From a phage, in sequence record PZ154895.1: a stretch of DNA of 64,000 bases; one strand, given 5' to 3'. Within the stretch, counting starts at the first letter, position 1, and each line of letters begins with the position of its first letter. Under the pieces are notes generated by a model. The model searched no databases and had not been told where the DNA came from. It saw only the letters and a list, made by a program, of their open reading frames with translations. Of the stretch, positions 61,116 through 64,000 are shown one piece after another. The translations under genes and the position numbers were made by a program.

Positions 61116-64000
61116 CTATTTTAACCTGTGTTGGATTTTCAGGGTCTCTTGGATTTCCTATATTATCTTTTAGACGTTTATTAACTAAATCCCTAAATTG
61201 TGCAAATGTTGTTCCAGATGCATCGAATAAAGGACTCATTAATTTACGTCGTTCAGATGGCAATTGACCTTGAAATATTGAATTATTATTTTCAGCATTA
61301 TAGTCATCAGGAAGAGGATATTTTACACCAGCCATTGGGCCAGGTTCATAAATTGCTTCACCTGTTACCGAATCATGCTCAATTTCACCGGTTGGAGTCA
61401 ATTTAGCTACTCTATCAGCATATTCAGTAGGCAATCCAGAATCCCATTTATAGTTTTTGTATTTATTAATTATAGTCTCTGTATGTTTAAGAGTTAAACC
61501 AACATTAATAAACATTGTTAAAAGAGTAATTGCTATAAATCCAAATCCTACTGGATGAACAAAACGAATAACGTCAGATTTCCAGCGAGAAGAAGGTAAA
61601 TTGGATTTAATTTTCATTACATAATATGACCGACTTCTATTAATATAGTCTATATTATTTTGAAGCAAATCCTTCCCTTTAACCCCGCGAATAATTTCGC
61701 CTTCAAAACTAGGGAGTCTTTCTGCTTTAACTTCTTGACCAGCAATTAATCTTCCCAAAAGATTATGAATAGTTACGGTCCACTGCAATTTACCGTTAGA
61801 ATAGCTTCTTTCTATATAAGTAACATTACATCTTCCTGTGGCTGTATAAATCGTTTGTCCTACTAAGTCTTCAGTCAAAGAATCAGATTGAACGATTATA
61901 TCATATTCAGTACCAGCCCCAGATTCAATTTCAATTTCAACTTCTTCATTATAAAGAACTTTAAAAAGAAATTTGTATGATGCTTCAATTCCTTTAGTAG
62001 AATAAAAATCATAGCTACGTGATTCGAAAAATCTTGCAACAGCATCACGTTTGTCAGCATTTAAATAAATGTTTCTTTTATATATCTCTGACCACAAATA
62101 TTCCCATGCATGCTCTTCTCGTGGATATTTGTTACGAATTAAATTTCGTAAATTGTTATACTGAGTTCCATATCCATCAGAAAGATACTGAATATATGCT
62201 TCGCAAAATGCCTCAAAATTTGAATCCTGTAGCAAATAAGAATCAGGCATCATTGTGCCAATCAATGGTCTTAAATCTGGGTCAGCTAATCCACGTTCTT
62301 CTTCAGGCGACCAAGGAGTTTCATGCTCTTGGTTTTGTAAAAATGCTTTTAAAAATACTTCAGTTGGTTTCCAAATAATTTCTACTGTATCTCTAACACG
62401 ATAGTTAAAATCATAGTAAGAAATTATTTCACCAGAGGCTTTATAGAAAAGCATCCCAGATGCATATTTTTTAAATCCAGTGAATTTAACATTTGGCATT
62501 ACTATAGTGCAATCGCCATCGTCCCAGTATTCATGAACTAATCTATCTGGTGATGTTTCCGGAATATTTTCTATAACTTTAGTGTATTTTAAATCAGCAT
62601 AAACTACTACAACCCTATCAGAGTTGTTTATCCAACAACGTGTGTTAGATTTTTTAGACCAGTTAAAGAATGGTTCAGAGTAGTATTTCATCGGCTGAGG
62701 AGTAAAAGTTTCCCAATCAGAATTTTCATCTGCTATAAATGCCATCATATGATAATGCTTATCAGCTAACCATTCACGAGGAAATTCATATTTAACAGCA
62801 CCGATTAACTGATATTTCGCCGCAGTTTCAGCGTCATTAACAACGTTATCACTTAAAAATTTAAAATTACTCGAAGATAGAGAAACTAATTTACCGTCAG
62901 TTGACATACTAGCATATCCAGGTTGAATACGTCTTCTTTCTTCTTCAGTGTTGCCAAAAACTCTTTTCCATGTTTTTGTGTCATGATTTAAAACATATAT
63001 TCCTTTATCAGCAGAATCAATTATTTTTGATGTTCTAGGATTAGCATTTAGTGTTTCAACTTCACCAATAATAAGAGCAAAAACTTTATCACCGACAGAA
63101 TCCATTTTATAGCATACTGCTTTAGGATTTCCAGTTATAGTCATTGTATCAGGTTCAAAAAGTCTTTCCGAATATGTTGGAGATAATGGATCAGAATCTA
63201 TAGGTGCATTACTCGTTTTTATGTATCTAACTTTGTCTCTGGCGACAACGTAAATGTAATCATCGGTGCAAGTAATAGCTTCTGCAATGCGATATACATT
63301 CGCTGGCAAAGTTGCGTAAGTTGCAAAAATTTCTACATCAAATCCTAAATGTAATTGGTCGCCAAGTTTAGCGAATGTTATATCCTGAGAACTAAATCTG
63401 ACATCGTCAGCTGACCATCTAACATCAGTCGATTTGCGGCCATAGAAAATCTTGTCGTATCCTAGAACGTATGTTGTGTTCGCAGATTGGTAATATACTG
63501 TCTTAGATAAAGGATATCCTACGCGGTCATTGAAGAGCTTTACAGCTTTCCAAGTTTGTCCTTTATCATTGGATACTTTAACTACAGGTTGATAACGCTC
63601 AAAAAGGTATAAAATCCCTTCTGATTCCATCAAATAAACTCGGTTAATATCCTTACATACTTGCTGAATAGAACCTTGTATTTCATGATACTCATTTTCA
63701 CCAATAATAAAATTACTTATTGATGAAACGTCAACATATGACGGGCTGAATTGAAATGATTCATTCATCAATGCAGCCATTATAGTGTCATTATTAAAAT
63801 TGACATAATCAGAATTATTAAGAGTAAATTTTTCCTGAATGAATTTATTAGCTAATTGCATTTCAATCATGTTTTGAAATGTATAAGCATTTGTAGCAAA
63901 AGTTTCAAACTCTTCGGTATAAATCCAATCAGACTGCTCAAAATCTTGCGCAGCAGTAGCTACTCTGATAATGTATGATGTCAATGGGTCAGCATCATCA
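61108..64000 (-). CDS. 7: baseplate wedge protein (partial, N-terminus beyond window end)
   Basis: ORF open to the window edge; over 960 aa visible; synteny 7-8-9-10. Confidence 0.85.
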   Translation of the reverse strand, partial: DDADPLTSYIIRVATAAQDFEQSDWIYTEEFETFATNAYTFQNMIEMQLANKFIQEKFTLNNSDYVNFNNDTIMAALMNESFQFSPSYVDVSSISNFIIGENEYHEIQGSIQQVCKDINRVYLMESEGILYLFERYQPVVKVSNDKGQTWKAVKLFNDRVGYPLSKTVYYQSANTTYVLGYDKIFYGRKSTDVRWSADDVRFSSQDITFAKLGDQLHLGFDVEIFATYATLPANVYRIAEAITCTDDYIYVVARDKVRYIKTSNAPIDSDPLSPTYSERLFEPDTMTITGNPKAVCYKMDSVGDKVFALIIGEVETLNANPRTSKIIDSADKGIYVLNHDTKTWKRVFGNTEEERRRIQPGYASMSTDGKLVSLSSSNFKFLSDNVVNDAETAAKYQLIGAVKYEFPREWLADKHYHMMAFIADENSDWETFTPQPMKYYSEPFFNWSKKSNTRCWINNSDRVVVVYADLKYTKVIENIPETSPDRLVHEYWDDGDCTIVMPNVKFTGFKKYASGMLFYKASGEIISYYDFNYRVRDTVEIIWKPTEVFLKAFLQNQEHETPWSPEEERGLADPDLRPLIGTMMPDSYLLQDSNFEAFCEAYIQYLSDGYGTQYNNLRNLIRNKYPREEHAWEYLWSEIYKRNIYLNADKRDAVARFFESRSYDFYSTKGIEASYKFLFKVLYNEEVEIEIESGAGTEYDIIVQSDSLTEDLVGQTIYTATGRCNVTYIERSYSNGKLQWTVTIHNLLGRLIAGQEVKAERLPSFEGEIIRGVKGKDLLQNNIDYINRSRSYYVMKIKSNLPSSRWKSDVIRFVHPVGFGFIAITLLTMFINVGLTLKHTETIINKYKNYKWDSGLPTEYADRVAKLTPTGEIEHDSVTGEAIYEPGPMAGVKYPLPDDYNAENNNSIFQGQLPSERRKLMSPLFDASGTTFAQFRDLVNKRLKDNIGNPRDPENPTQVKIDE

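Overview
This window reads as a contiguous stretch of a T4-type (Tevenvirinae) myovirus genome, assigned by direct recognition of protein sequences and strict T4 synteny; no database search was run. Bases 1-24500 hold the early/middle block on the + strand: frd, td, nrdA, an HNH endonuclease, nrdB, denA, rnlA, a spanin pair, pseT, cd, gene 31, rIII, small unknown ORFs, DNA ligase (30) and two tandem Alt ADP-ribosyltransferase paralogs. Bases 24500-64000 hold the late morphogenesis module, mostly on the - strand: baseplate hub 54/48/29/28/27/51, then 26/25/uvsY (+), uvsW (-), a GIY-YIG endonuclease, inh/hoc/rnlB (+), and 24 through 7 (-) with a second GIY-YIG endonuclease between 24 and 23. Most of this is textbook phage biology and I see no large foreign defence-type island. 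The departures worth a second look are: (1) an extra ORF apparently inserted at the frd/td junction, leaving a 2-codon relic of the td start; (2) td and nrdB are uninterrupted (no group I introns) while three free-standing homing endonucleases are present; (3) two catalytically intact Alt paralogs next to a NADAR-like and a HAD-like protein; (4) a ~57-bp promoter/leader repeated 15 kb apart; (5) early-type promoters that each sit inside an inverted repeat. No tRNA, rRNA or CRISPR array was seen.
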